Part shown: one piece after another, positions 49,676 through 59,102 of the stretch
Numbering within the stretch: position 1 is the first letter of the stretch
Layout: each line of letters opens with the position of its first letter
Source: an uncultured Pelagibacteraceae bacterium
GTDB lineage: Bacteria; Pseudomonadota; Alphaproteobacteria; Pelagibacterales; Pelagibacteraceae
NCBI GenBank assembly: GCA_902532225.1
Contig: CACAHI010000002.1
Location: 569 to 64,568 of the forward strand
Direction: 5' to 3'
DNA length: 64,000 nt
Made by a program: the position numbers and the translations under genes
Notes under the pieces: model-generated
Databases searched by the model: none
What the model saw: the letters and a program-made list of their open reading frames with translations, nothing else
Told to the model about the DNA's origin: nothing

Positions 49676-50527
49676 TCAATCTGCTAGGCCATCTGATCTA
49701 GCAACATTTCTCTCTAAATGAATTGGTAACACTTTGCCATATATAGCCTTAGAATGTTCAGGGGTATTTACTCTCCAAGGATCTAAAACATAAGCTGGAA
49801 TACACATGTATCTCGATTTTTGACCCTCTATTTTTGTTACTCTATGTAAAGTAAATCTTCCTTTAAATATTTGTAGATCACCTGGTTCTAATTTTAATTG
49901 TTTAACTCTTGCTCTGTCACCATTTAAAACTTTTTTAACTTCATCAAAATTTTCATTTCCAGGTTCTCGAATATTTGGACAATATTCAAATACTCCACCT
50001 TTCTCTGGTTTTTGAATCATTAAGCTTAAAGTAAATTCGCAACTATCAAAATGCCAAGGAAGAATTCCTTCTGGTTCCATAACATTATATGCATGGCAAG
50101 CCAACGGATCTGCCCATCTATAAATTGGAGAAACTCCTAAACACGCAGATACAAATTTTAAAAGTTCATCTGTTTCATAAAGATATTTCATTTCAGAATT
50201 TTTTGGAAAACAATCTGAATTTAAATATCCATTATATCTATTCATAAAAGTTCTTTTTGGATGATCTTTTGGTAACTTTGGATTATCTTCAGCATATAAA
50301 TAGGGATTTATACTTTCTTTGGACATATAAACCTCATCTAGTTGTTTCTCTAATTCTGAATTCATTATTTCTAGTGATTTTGGTAAAATAAAATTAGGAA
50401 TAGTTGAACAGCTAAATTGATCTAGTTCTTCTTTGCACCTTTTAATTAAACTTTTAATTATTGGAGAGTTTAAGTCGTAAATTGGATACTTTTCTAAATC
50501 TACTATCGACTTAAGTCTTTCGTTCAC
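49676..50527 (-). CDS. 2-oxoglutarate/Fe(II)-dependent oxygenase (BesD/HalD-like fold, hydroxylase-type motif)
   Basis: WHFD (H-x-D), GGVFEY and PGDLQIFKGRFTLHRVT motifs. Confidence 0.75.
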   Translation of the reverse strand: MNERLKSIVDLEKYPIYDLNSPIIKSLIKRCKEELDQFSCSTIPNFILPKSLEIMNSELEKQLDEVYMSKESINPYLYAEDNPKLPKDHPKRTFMNRYNGYLNSDCFPKNSEMKYLYETDELLKFVSACLGVSPIYRWADPLACHAYNVMEPEGILPWHFDSCEFTLSLMIQKPEKGGVFEYCPNIREPGNENFDEVKKVLNGDRARVKQLKLEPGDLQIFKGRFTLHRVTKIEGQKSRYMCIPAYVLDPWRVNTPEHSKAIYGKVLPIHLERNVARSDGLAD

Positions 50528-50898
50528 TTCAATTCTCCATCCTCTCGCATTTTAGCTCTAATTTTTGTAGCTGAAATTTTTTGTATTTCTTCAGGCATAA
50601 CTATTTCTTCTATTTTGTAACCTACACCTCTTCCATAACAAATATTAGTTATATTTGGCACTAGAATAATTTTAAATCTACCTTCGTATTTAGGATTTAA
50701 TCTTTCTTCTATATTTTTTTTAACTGTTTCAAAATCAAAAGGATTATCATCAACACCTTGTACATCCCTTATTTGAATACAAACTTGTCCTGTTTTCTTA
50801 ATTATTTCTTCAAATAAAGCATAATGACCATCATGAAATGGTTGCCATCTACCTAGCATTTGTGCAGTTGGTTTTTTGTTATCCCATTTGTAGCTCAT
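50524..50898 (-). CDS. Small HxGH nucleotidyltransferase (cytidylyltransferase-like)
   Basis: GRWQPFHDGH and ISATKIR motifs. Confidence 0.85.
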   Translation of the reverse strand: MSYKWDNKKPTAQMLGRWQPFHDGHYALFEEIIKKTGQVCIQIRDVQGVDDNPFDFETVKKNIEERLNPKYEGRFKIILVPNITNICYGRGVGYKIEEIVMPEEIQKISATKIRAKMREDGELK

Positions 50899-50930
50899 AA
50901 GAATTTTAGTTTATTCCTATTAAAAAAAAA

Positions 50931-53216
50931 TTAAAAGACTTTATTTAGGTTTATACTAGCTTCTTTACTATCACCTAAATTAGTTAAATCATCGTTTAAA
51001 TCAAAACTTAAATCATAACCATTAATATTTTTCTTTATTTCAAATTTTGATATTAAATTCTCAGATCCATTTATTGAAAATGCATATTCTGTATCTTCGT
51101 GAGGTAAATATCCTAAAGCTATATATAAGTTGTCAGTATATCCAGTGCCAAAAGCATGGTTTCTCTCATAAATAATAAAGACACTGTAGTGTTCGGGAAA
51201 AATTATATCTATACCAATTTCACCGTTAAGATTATGTAACGCTCCAGTGTGCAATGTATCATTAAACTTAACACTACCATCCCCAACATAGGTATATTTA
51301 AAGTTTGATGAACGATCTAACTCAGCAACATACTCCAATTTACCATGGCGTTTTAAGGTATATTTTTCGTTTGATAAATCCTCAACCAATGCCATTGCTG
51401 CTCTTAAATTTTTCGTTCTTACATGTTGGTCTTCAACTTCAATAGCTCCTGTGCCTGCTTCTTTATATCCGTGTAATATTGTATGCCCAAAATCGAATTG
51501 TCCAGAAGGTATAAGAGTTAATTTATCCCTTTTATACTCGTCCTTAATTTTTAAAGTGCCATATATTTGATTGCCTGTCCTATCTGCAGTTAATCTTTTA
51601 CCGTCATCATTATTGAGTATATCAGATCTTATTTTTCCTATTCCAAAGATCTTGTCTAAATATTTTGTGTCATCATTAATAGGAGATGTACTATAATACG
51701 TAATATTATATGTATTAGAATTTAAATTGCTTCCAGTACTACCAACATCAACATCATCGTTACCAAATCTAAAAGCAAATCCTTCAAGGCCATAATCATC
51801 TGTAAATCTATCAAGACCAAAGGTTAAAGAATTTGTATGAACTTCTTTTGTCGATGCAATACTAGTATCACCCACTCTTCCAAGAGAAATACTTCCTTCG
51901 CTCCAATAAAAATAGTTTTTGTTTGAATCATTTTTATTTTTAGAGGTTGATATTTTTTTAAAAGATGAAATTGGTACTGCTTTTAAAGATGAAAGCATAC
52001 TGTTTGAAAAATTTAATTTTACATTTTGATTAGATAAATTTTGTTTATCTTTATTTCTTCTAATCCACTTCAATCTATTTAAAGCTGAGTTTGTTGAGAA
52101 ATTAATTGTTCTTTTTGCTAATTCTACTTGAGCTTCTGCCATTCCTATTCTATCACCTTCTGATATCGAAGGACATTTTCCTGAAATAATATTAAAAGGA
52201 CAAACTAAATCGAATTCAACGACCTCGTCTCCTCCGTTTACTGTTCTATCACTACCTATATACATTTTAAAACCATTTTGACTAAATCCAATACCTCTTT
52301 GTTGTGCTAGATTACCGTTTCCACCAAAATTTACTAATCTAACTTCACCATCAATAGTGAAAGAAGATGTTGAATACGCAACGTCAAGGGAAATTTGAAC
52401 AACATCTGAAGTAGAATTTATATGTTCAACACACCAAAGTTTTTTTCCATCTTTACTAAATCTAATTCCCATAGGATTATTGCACTCGTCTTCTAATTCC
52501 ATACCTGCATTAGTTACAAGCGACATTGTGCTTAAACTATAAGGAGTTGAAAGCTCATACTCTAATAATCTTGTATTTCTTACATCTGAGCCATTATTTC
52601 CTTGGCCGTGATAAATAATAAATATTTTAGTTCCGTCATCATTAATCTCCACGCCTTGTGGACGATTTTTTCCCGCAGCTCCAAGCATTACCCCAGCATT
52701 ACTTCCGTCTTGTAAATTTGGAGAATCAGTAGAACCAATATTGGTATTTTGCTCTACATATTCACATGTTGAGAGATCATAAGACTTAGTTACTTTATAA
52801 TGATATATTACATTTGTATTGACACTATTTTGACTGGATACAAAAAAAAATTTCATACCATCACTGCTAAATTCAAGGTCATAAACACCTTGTTCAGTAC
52901 TGTCCGCATGAAAGCCATTATTCAATGTACATCTTTGGTCATCGCCTGCATAAACTTTTGTTGAAACATCAAAAGGGACAGTTAAATTATAAGTGTTTAT
53001 ATGTGATTGCTCGCCATCATTTAAATTACTATCTCTGTAAATTATGAACATTTTATCTCCTGCAGGATTAAAATGAATACCTTGAATATGTCCTAGTGGA
53101 CTACCCGCATCCTCTGTTACAAATGCTTGTTGTACATAAGTAACCATAGCTCCAAATGAATTAGAGATTGGAAATAAAAATAATAAAACTAAGATAATTT
53201 TTTTTAAAAAGTTCAT
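50931..53216 (-). CDS. Autotransporter with repeat-containing passenger domain
   Basis: Signal peptide; five F-xx-D-G-x-K repeats; C-terminal amphipathic beta-strand region (WSEGSISLG..., terminal Phe). Confidence 0.75.
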   Translation of the reverse strand: MNFLKKIILVLLFLFPISNSFGAMVTYVQQAFVTEDAGSPLGHIQGIHFNPAGDKMFIIYRDSNLNDGEQSHINTYNLTVPFDVSTKVYAGDDQRCTLNNGFHADSTEQGVYDLEFSSDGMKFFFVSSQNSVNTNVIYHYKVTKSYDLSTCEYVEQNTNIGSTDSPNLQDGSNAGVMLGAAGKNRPQGVEINDDGTKIFIIYHGQGNNGSDVRNTRLLEYELSTPYSLSTMSLVTNAGMELEDECNNPMGIRFSKDGKKLWCVEHINSTSDVVQISLDVAYSTSSFTIDGEVRLVNFGGNGNLAQQRGIGFSQNGFKMYIGSDRTVNGGDEVVEFDLVCPFNIISGKCPSISEGDRIGMAEAQVELAKRTINFSTNSALNRLKWIRRNKDKQNLSNQNVKLNFSNSMLSSLKAVPISSFKKISTSKNKNDSNKNYFYWSEGSISLGRVGDTSIASTKEVHTNSLTFGLDRFTDDYGLEGFAFRFGNDDVDVGSTGSNLNSNTYNITYYSTSPINDDTKYLDKIFGIGKIRSDILNNDDGKRLTADRTGNQIYGTLKIKDEYKRDKLTLIPSGQFDFGHTILHGYKEAGTGAIEVEDQHVRTKNLRAAMALVEDLSNEKYTLKRHGKLEYVAELDRSSNFKYTYVGDGSVKFNDTLHTGALHNLNGEIGIDIIFPEHYSVFIIYERNHAFGTGYTDNLYIALGYLPHEDTEYAFSINGSENLISKFEIKKNINGYDLSFDLNDDLTNLGDSKEASINLNKVF

Positions 53217-53235
53217 AAAAAAAAGATTTGATATC

Positions 53236-53646
53236 TTATTTTTTTAGATCTTTATATATTTTAGGTGCCCAAGTTTGTGCATCTTGAGATGTGACATGAA
53301 AGTCATATTTTTCAGGCTTTACGAACATTTGATTTGTGTCGTCAAATCTACCTTTTTGGATGGTATCTACCCAAACAACATAGTCTGCTGGAAATAATTT
53401 TCTCGCTTCAGGTGTTGGGCATATAAAGTCAGCTATTACATTGTTGCCTTCATTTTTAATTTTTAGCGCAGCCTCTGCCATTCTTTTTGATTGTCTTGTT
53501 CTACCTTCTTCTGAAAAATCCCAATCGTTTGCAGCTTTTCTAATTTCATCTGCATTTAATCTTTTTGCTTTTATTAATTTTGCTAGCTCATTTGCTAGAG
53601 TTGTTTTACCAGCCCCGGGCAGTCCCATAATTAAAATTATTTTCAT
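53236..53646 (-). CDS. Short adenylylsulfate kinase (CysC)-like P-loop protein
   Basis: GLPGAGKTT, LNADEIR, DFSEEGRTRQ and ADFICP motifs echo CysC; only 136 aa. Confidence 0.75.
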   Translation of the reverse strand: MKIILIMGLPGAGKTTLANELAKLIKAKRLNADEIRKAANDWDFSEEGRTRQSKRMAEAALKIKNEGNNVIADFICPTPEARKLFPADYVVWVDTIQKGRFDDTNQMFVKPEKYDFHVTSQDAQTWAPKIYKDLKK

Positions 53647-54881
53647 TAGATATCTTCTAAAGGATGATGGGACATAAGTTCAAGGTTATTCTCACCTACT
53701 AAGTACTGTTGTTCAAGTTTAACCCCTTCTTTTCCACCTACTTTGCCAATATAACTCTCAAGTGTGATAGTCATATTTTTTTCAAAATGACCTTCTCTTT
53801 GTCCACCATCAGTTGGATATTTTATTTGCGGCCACTCATCGCATAGACCAATTCCATGAAGCATACATGAATATCTATTTCCATAATATTCATCAGGAAG
53901 TTTCCAAGATTTTTCAGTAAATTCTTTAAAAGATGTCCCAGATTTTATTAATCTATAATTATGATTAATTTGCTCAACAGCCATTTGATATAATTTTTTT
54001 TGATCTTCATTAAATTTATGTCCTTCAACAAATGTTCTAGATATATCTGCACAGTATCCATAAGGTCCGACCATATCCGTATCAAAAGATACTACTTCAC
54101 CACTTTGAATTACTTTGTTACTGCTTTCTTGCATCCAAGGGTTTGTCCTTTCTCCTGAAGATAAAATTCTACATTCAATCCATTCTCCACCATGTTCAAT
54201 ATTAGTTTTGTGCAAAATAGACCAAAGTTCATCTTCGGTCATACCTGCTTTTAATTCATTGCGCATTTTCATAACACCAATTTCTGCAACATCAATTGCA
54301 GCTTTCATGCATTTTAATTCTTCAGTAGATTTAATTACTCTTGCTTGTTCTAGTATTAGCTTTGCATCGACTACTTTAAAGCCTTCTTTATTTAAAGCTG
54401 TTACTGCTGGGCCATTAATAACATCAATGGCTATTTTTTTATTTTTAAAATACGAATTTGATAAATCTTTTACTTCATTAACCCATTTCTCTAATTGCAA
54501 ACTGGCTTGGTCTCCGTTGCTAAAATAATCCCATGTAATTGCTGGTCTTATTTCATCGATTAAGTTTAAATGTTTAGATAATATTTCACAATTGAAATAC
54601 TCGTAAAGTATTGTTGGTCCACTTACAGGAACAAAACAATATCTTGTAAGGTTATGCATATTGTAAACACTCATATTTACAGTATCTAAAGCGTATCTAA
54701 TATTTACTGGGTCAAACAAAATGCATGCTTCTAAATTATTTTTTTCTAATTCTTTTTTGACTCTGTCTAACCTGTATGATCTAAGTTTTTTAAAATTAAT
54801 ATCATCTTCACCTAATCTTTTTTTAGTTATAAAATTTGTTACAGGTTTATTGTTTGGTGCAATTTTTCTATTAAATTTCAT
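53646..54881 (-). CDS. M24 metallopeptidase-fold protein, DddP-like
   Basis: LFDPVNIRYA, SGERTNPWMQE, FDTD...DISR, HGIGLCDEWP and KLEQQ motifs. Confidence 0.8.
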   Translation of the reverse strand: MKFNRKIAPNNKPVTNFITKKRLGEDDINFKKLRSYRLDRVKKELEKNNLEACILFDPVNIRYALDTVNMSVYNMHNLTRYCFVPVSGPTILYEYFNCEILSKHLNLIDEIRPAITWDYFSNGDQASLQLEKWVNEVKDLSNSYFKNKKIAIDVINGPAVTALNKEGFKVVDAKLILEQARVIKSTEELKCMKAAIDVAEIGVMKMRNELKAGMTEDELWSILHKTNIEHGGEWIECRILSSGERTNPWMQESSNKVIQSGEVVSFDTDMVGPYGYCADISRTFVEGHKFNEDQKKLYQMAVEQINHNYRLIKSGTSFKEFTEKSWKLPDEYYGNRYSCMLHGIGLCDEWPQIKYPTDGGQREGHFEKNMTITLESYIGKVGGKEGVKLEQQYLVGENNLELMSHHPLEDI

Positions 54882-54883
54882 AT

Positions 54884-56059
54884 TTAAACTATATTAGTTG
54901 CTACCCATTTATGAAAGTGATGTGTTGGATTATCCATAATTGGTGAAAAATTTCCACCGTTATAAGATGGTGAATTTCTTCCTTCTTGCATACCTTCAAT
55001 TATATCAACGTCTTCTGCCTGAACGCTTTTCCAAAGTTTGTGATTTTGTTTTCTTAAAGATTTATATTTTTTTGAATTAGCTGCTTTTTCTCCCACATAA
55101 TAAATTTCCATATGTTCTTTAGTAAACTTATGATCAACAGGTTCAAGCCAGTAAGCGTAAAAATGATCTTTATGAATTCCTAACATAACGTTAGGAAATA
55201 AAGCTACATATTCTGCTATATTTTCTTTATCTTTTGGCCAGTTAGGAAAACAAGGAAATTTCTCTTTTCCTTTAAATCTTGGATTATAAACTTTAGTTCC
55301 TTGCCCGGCAAAACGGTTTGGTAATCCTTGAATATGATAATGATCGCTTATCTTTGAGTAAGAATTTAAACCAGGATGTACCCATGGCAAATGATAACTT
55401 TCACAATAATTCTCTATTGCAAATTTCCAATTACATTTTGCATTCAAATTGAAATATCCAAAATCATTTGAATAAACCATTAATTTTCTATCTTTTTCTG
55501 GCCAGAATTCTTCCCATCTATCACTTAATGGTTTTATATATTGTTCAAAAGAAATTTCATTTTCACTTATATTTACAAAAATCATATCAAGCCAAATGTA
55601 AGATCTAATTTCTTTTAAATTACTTTTTGATTTGTCAAACTTTTTACACTCATGTTTATTCATTCCTCCAACGTGTGGGGTTGCAACAAGTTTTCCTGTC
55701 AAATCATATGACCAAGAGTGGTAAGGGCACCTTATTACATTTTTAATTTTACAGTCTTTTTGTAAAATTTTATATCCTCTATGGCTGCACACATTATGAA
55801 AAACTCTTATTTTATTTTGTTTATCTCTTAATATTATTATTGGAATACCTAAAAGATCAAAAGGTTTTGCGTCGCCTATTTTTGGTAAAGAACTTGCAAC
55901 ACCTATTACTACCCATTTATCTTCAAATAATTTTTTTCTCTCAAGTTGTGTATATTTTTCACTTGTATAACATTCGTTTGGTAAACCATGAGATTTTTCA
56001 ATCGGATTGCTAACAACATCTAATTTTTTTTTCTCTATGATGCTGTATATTTCAGACAC
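54884..56059 (-). CDS. Rieske non-heme iron oxygenase alpha subunit (choline monooxygenase/CntA-like)
   Basis: NVCSHRG...CPYHSW Rieske motif; NWK...ENYCESYH..VH mononuclear iron motif; GTG start. Confidence 0.88.
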   Translation of the reverse strand: MSEIYSIIEKKKLDVVSNPIEKSHGLPNECYTSEKYTQLERKKLFEDKWVVIGVASSLPKIGDAKPFDLLGIPIIILRDKQNKIRVFHNVCSHRGYKILQKDCKIKNVIRCPYHSWSYDLTGKLVATPHVGGMNKHECKKFDKSKSNLKEIRSYIWLDMIFVNISENEISFEQYIKPLSDRWEEFWPEKDRKLMVYSNDFGYFNLNAKCNWKFAIENYCESYHLPWVHPGLNSYSKISDHYHIQGLPNRFAGQGTKVYNPRFKGKEKFPCFPNWPKDKENIAEYVALFPNVMLGIHKDHFYAYWLEPVDHKFTKEHMEIYYVGEKAANSKKYKSLRKQNHKLWKSVQAEDVDIIEGMQEGRNSPSYNGGNFSPIMDNPTHHFHKWVATNIV

Positions 56060-56688
56060 TATTTAATTACCTCATAAAGACCAAGCCAAGCATTAACATC
56101 TTTGCTTGCTATGTAGTCTGATTTAAAAAATTCTATTTCCTTCCATTTGTTATCTTTATTTAATTGTGCAATTTTTTTATCAAAACCATATTCTTCATGA
56201 ATTCCTTCGTTTATGGTAAAACAAATAAGTCCTTTATTTTTTGTTATTCTTATAAATTCATCAAGTGCAGGAGGTTTTACATGGCCAAAGGTAAATGTTC
56301 CAACGCACAAAACAGCATCAAATGTATCATCCTCTTCTTGAATGGGTTTATTTAAATCTACTTTTTCTAATTTTTGATAAAGACCATCTGGGACTAAATC
56401 TAAAAGTTTTTGAGATAAATCTGCTCCATAAAAATTATTATAACCATGATTTTTTAATTCAACAGCAACCAATCCTGTGCCACAACCAGCATCATAAATT
56501 TTAGCATCTTTATTCTTATTATGTTTGATAAAAACTTCTGAAGTTTCTTTTGGACCTGTATAATTCCAATCAACCATATCTTTATCGTACTTATTTCCTT
56601 CACCCCACTCGTCATAGTATTTCATAACCTCTTCGGTTTTTTTTAGTTTATAAATTGGAACTTTGTTACCTACGTCTTTTTGTGCCAT
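56059..56688 (-). CDS. Class I SAM-dependent methyltransferase (METTL27-like)
   Basis: YYDEW...YDKD, DAGCGTG, GADLS and CVGTFTFGHV motifs. Confidence 0.85.
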   Translation of the reverse strand: MAQKDVGNKVPIYKLKKTEEVMKYYDEWGEGNKYDKDMVDWNYTGPKETSEVFIKHNKNKDAKIYDAGCGTGLVAVELKNHGYNNFYGADLSQKLLDLVPDGLYQKLEKVDLNKPIQEEDDTFDAVLCVGTFTFGHVKPPALDEFIRITKNKGLICFTINEGIHEEYGFDKKIAQLNKDNKWKEIEFFKSDYIASKDVNAWLGLYEVIK

Positions 56689-59093
56689 TAGCTTCTCATT
56701 TTCTTTCCACTTGGATCATAAAGTGGATCTTTTATAATTGAACAATTAAACATATCACCGTTAATTTCAACTTGTATGCCTTTGCCAGAATTTAATTCTT
56801 TTGTATCCAGGTATGAAAACGCAATACTTTTGTTAATAAAGTGAGCAAATCCTCCAGATGTAACATAGCCAATACTTTTATCACCTTTCATAACAGCTTC
56901 GTTGTAAGTTACGTCTATTTCGTTAGTTTCTACAATAAGCGGGGTAATCTTATGTTTGCTATCATCTTTTTTAGCTGAATCTTTTCCAATAAATTCTTTA
57001 TCCCAGTTTATAAATATATCTAATCCTGTTTCTTTAGCTGTAAAATCAGGTCTATAATCAAGAGTCCATGCGCCCCAATTTTTTTCTAATCTCATTGACA
57101 TTAAAGCTCTTGAACCAAAGGGTTTTATATTAAATTCTTTTCCTGCTTCCATTAATTCTTCATATAATTTAATTAAAAAATGAGGAGCAACATAAATTTC
57201 GTACCCCAATTCACCTGTGAATGATAATCTATTAACTATAGCTGGCACACCAGCGACATACATTTTTTTAGAGTCTCTGAATTTGAATTTATTATTTGAA
57301 ACATCTTCTCTAACAATTTTTTGAAGCAAATCTCTAGACTTCGGTCCTGCAATAGCCATTCCATGGAATTCATCAGATCTATTTTTATAACTTAAGTTAA
57401 ACTTATCAAGATGAGTTTCAAACCATCGTCTGTGCATTTCTTGTGCAGCACCTGAACCAAAAATCATAAATTCATTTTCATCCATACACGCAACGGTTAG
57501 ATCTCCATAAAGTTTTCCTTTCTTTGTTAGCATTGGAGTTAGTGAAATTCTTCCTGGTTTAGGTAATCTCCCTGCCATTATGTAATCTAAAAATTTTCTA
57601 GCATCAGGACCTTTAAACTCATGTTTTGAAAAATTTGCAACTTCGATTGCTCCAACATTTTCTCTTACATTAATTACTTCTTTTGAAACATAATTATGTG
57701 ATCTAGATCTTTTTATTGTAGGTTCTTCATGAGCATCTTCTTTATTTTTTGAAAACCACAAAACACTTTCTAAACCAAAGGCATCTCCCATTACTGCACC
57801 TTGATTTACAAAACGATCATATAATGCAGTAGTTTTTTGTTTTCTACCTTTTGGTAAAGTTTCATTTGGAAATGTCATTATGAATCTTCTTTCATAATTT
57901 TCTGATGATTTGATTGTTCCATATTGAGGAGACGCGTAATCTCCAAACCTTGCCACATCCATTGCCCAAACGTCAATTGAGGGCTCCCCATCGATTATCC
58001 ATTCTGCCAAACATTTACCAACTCCTCCACCTTGGCAAAAACCAGCCATGACACCTACAGCTACCCAATAATTTTTCATTCCTGGAACAGGACCAATTAA
58101 TGGACTTCCATCTGGTCCAAAAGTAAAAGGGCCATTTACAATATTTTTTATACCTGCTTTTTCTAAAGCTGGCATTCTTTTAAAACCAATTGCCAATCTG
58201 TCTTGAATGTTATCTAGTTTTGGTTCTAAAAGTTCATGTCCAAAGTTCATAGGAGTTCCTTCTACTTTCCACGCTGTAGATTTTTGTTCGTAAGTTCCTA
58301 GAAGCATCCCCTTGCCTTCTTGTCTAAAATAAATATTACCCTCGAAGTCTGTTCCTATTGGTAGTCTTTGATCTCCTAAAGCTTCAATCTCTGGAATTGC
58401 CTCAGTAATTAAATAATGATGTTCCATAGGTTGAACAGGTAAGTTTAATCCTGCCAACTTTCCAACTTCTCTTGCCCATAATCCTCCTGCATTAATAACT
58501 ATTTCTGCATTAATATTTCCTTTGTCAGTTATAACATTCCATGAACCATCTTCTTTTTGCTTTGTGTCCTTAACAACTGTATGTGTATAATATTTTCCAC
58601 CATGAACTTTAGCTGCTTTAGCAAAAGCATATGTTACTCCTGAAGGATCTACCTCTCCATCTATTGGATCCCATAATGCTAAAAGATATCTTGAAGGATC
58701 AATAAGTGGATTTTTCTTTTTAACTTCTTCTAGAGAAATAAATTCTTGATCAAGACCCATATATCTTGCTTTTGATCTTTCCCTTTTAAGATATTCGGCC
58801 CATACATCGTTTGACGCTAAATAAAAACCGCCACTTGGTTTAAATCCAGTCGAGTGTCCTGATTCTTTTTCGATTTCTTTATAAAGACCTATAGTATAAG
58901 CCATCATTCTAGAAATGTTTGGATCTGAAGATATTACATGGACATTTCCAGCTGCATGCCAAGATGATCCTGAAGTTAGTTCATTCCTCTCTAGTAATAA
59001 GCAGTCTTTTAGTCCAAATTTTGAAAGGTGATAAAGTATTGAACAACCAACAACACCTCCTCCTATTATTACTACCTTGGCATGTTTCTCCAT
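56688..59093 (-). CDS. Dimethylglycine dehydrogenase-like FAD + GcvT-domain protein (paralog 2)
   Basis: GGGVVG, LTSGSSWHAAG, NGPFTFGPDG, SFTGELGYE and SMRLEK motifs. Confidence 0.9.
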   Translation of the reverse strand: MEKHAKVVIIGGGVVGCSILYHLSKFGLKDCLLLERNELTSGSSWHAAGNVHVISSDPNISRMMAYTIGLYKEIEKESGHSTGFKPSGGFYLASNDVWAEYLKRERSKARYMGLDQEFISLEEVKKKNPLIDPSRYLLALWDPIDGEVDPSGVTYAFAKAAKVHGGKYYTHTVVKDTKQKEDGSWNVITDKGNINAEIVINAGGLWAREVGKLAGLNLPVQPMEHHYLITEAIPEIEALGDQRLPIGTDFEGNIYFRQEGKGMLLGTYEQKSTAWKVEGTPMNFGHELLEPKLDNIQDRLAIGFKRMPALEKAGIKNIVNGPFTFGPDGSPLIGPVPGMKNYWVAVGVMAGFCQGGGVGKCLAEWIIDGEPSIDVWAMDVARFGDYASPQYGTIKSSENYERRFIMTFPNETLPKGRKQKTTALYDRFVNQGAVMGDAFGLESVLWFSKNKEDAHEEPTIKRSRSHNYVSKEVINVRENVGAIEVANFSKHEFKGPDARKFLDYIMAGRLPKPGRISLTPMLTKKGKLYGDLTVACMDENEFMIFGSGAAQEMHRRWFETHLDKFNLSYKNRSDEFHGMAIAGPKSRDLLQKIVREDVSNNKFKFRDSKKMYVAGVPAIVNRLSFTGELGYEIYVAPHFLIKLYEELMEAGKEFNIKPFGSRALMSMRLEKNWGAWTLDYRPDFTAKETGLDIFINWDKEFIGKDSAKKDDSKHKITPLIVETNEIDVTYNEAVMKGDKSIGYVTSGGFAHFINKSIAFSYLDTKELNSGKGIQVEINGDMFNCSIIKDPLYDPSGKKMRS

Positions 59094-59102
59094 AATTTTT
59101 TC

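Noticed and set aside
49676-50527. BesD-type halogenase
   Set aside because: The motif is H-x-D (WHFD); halogenases have Gly or Ala in place of the Asp
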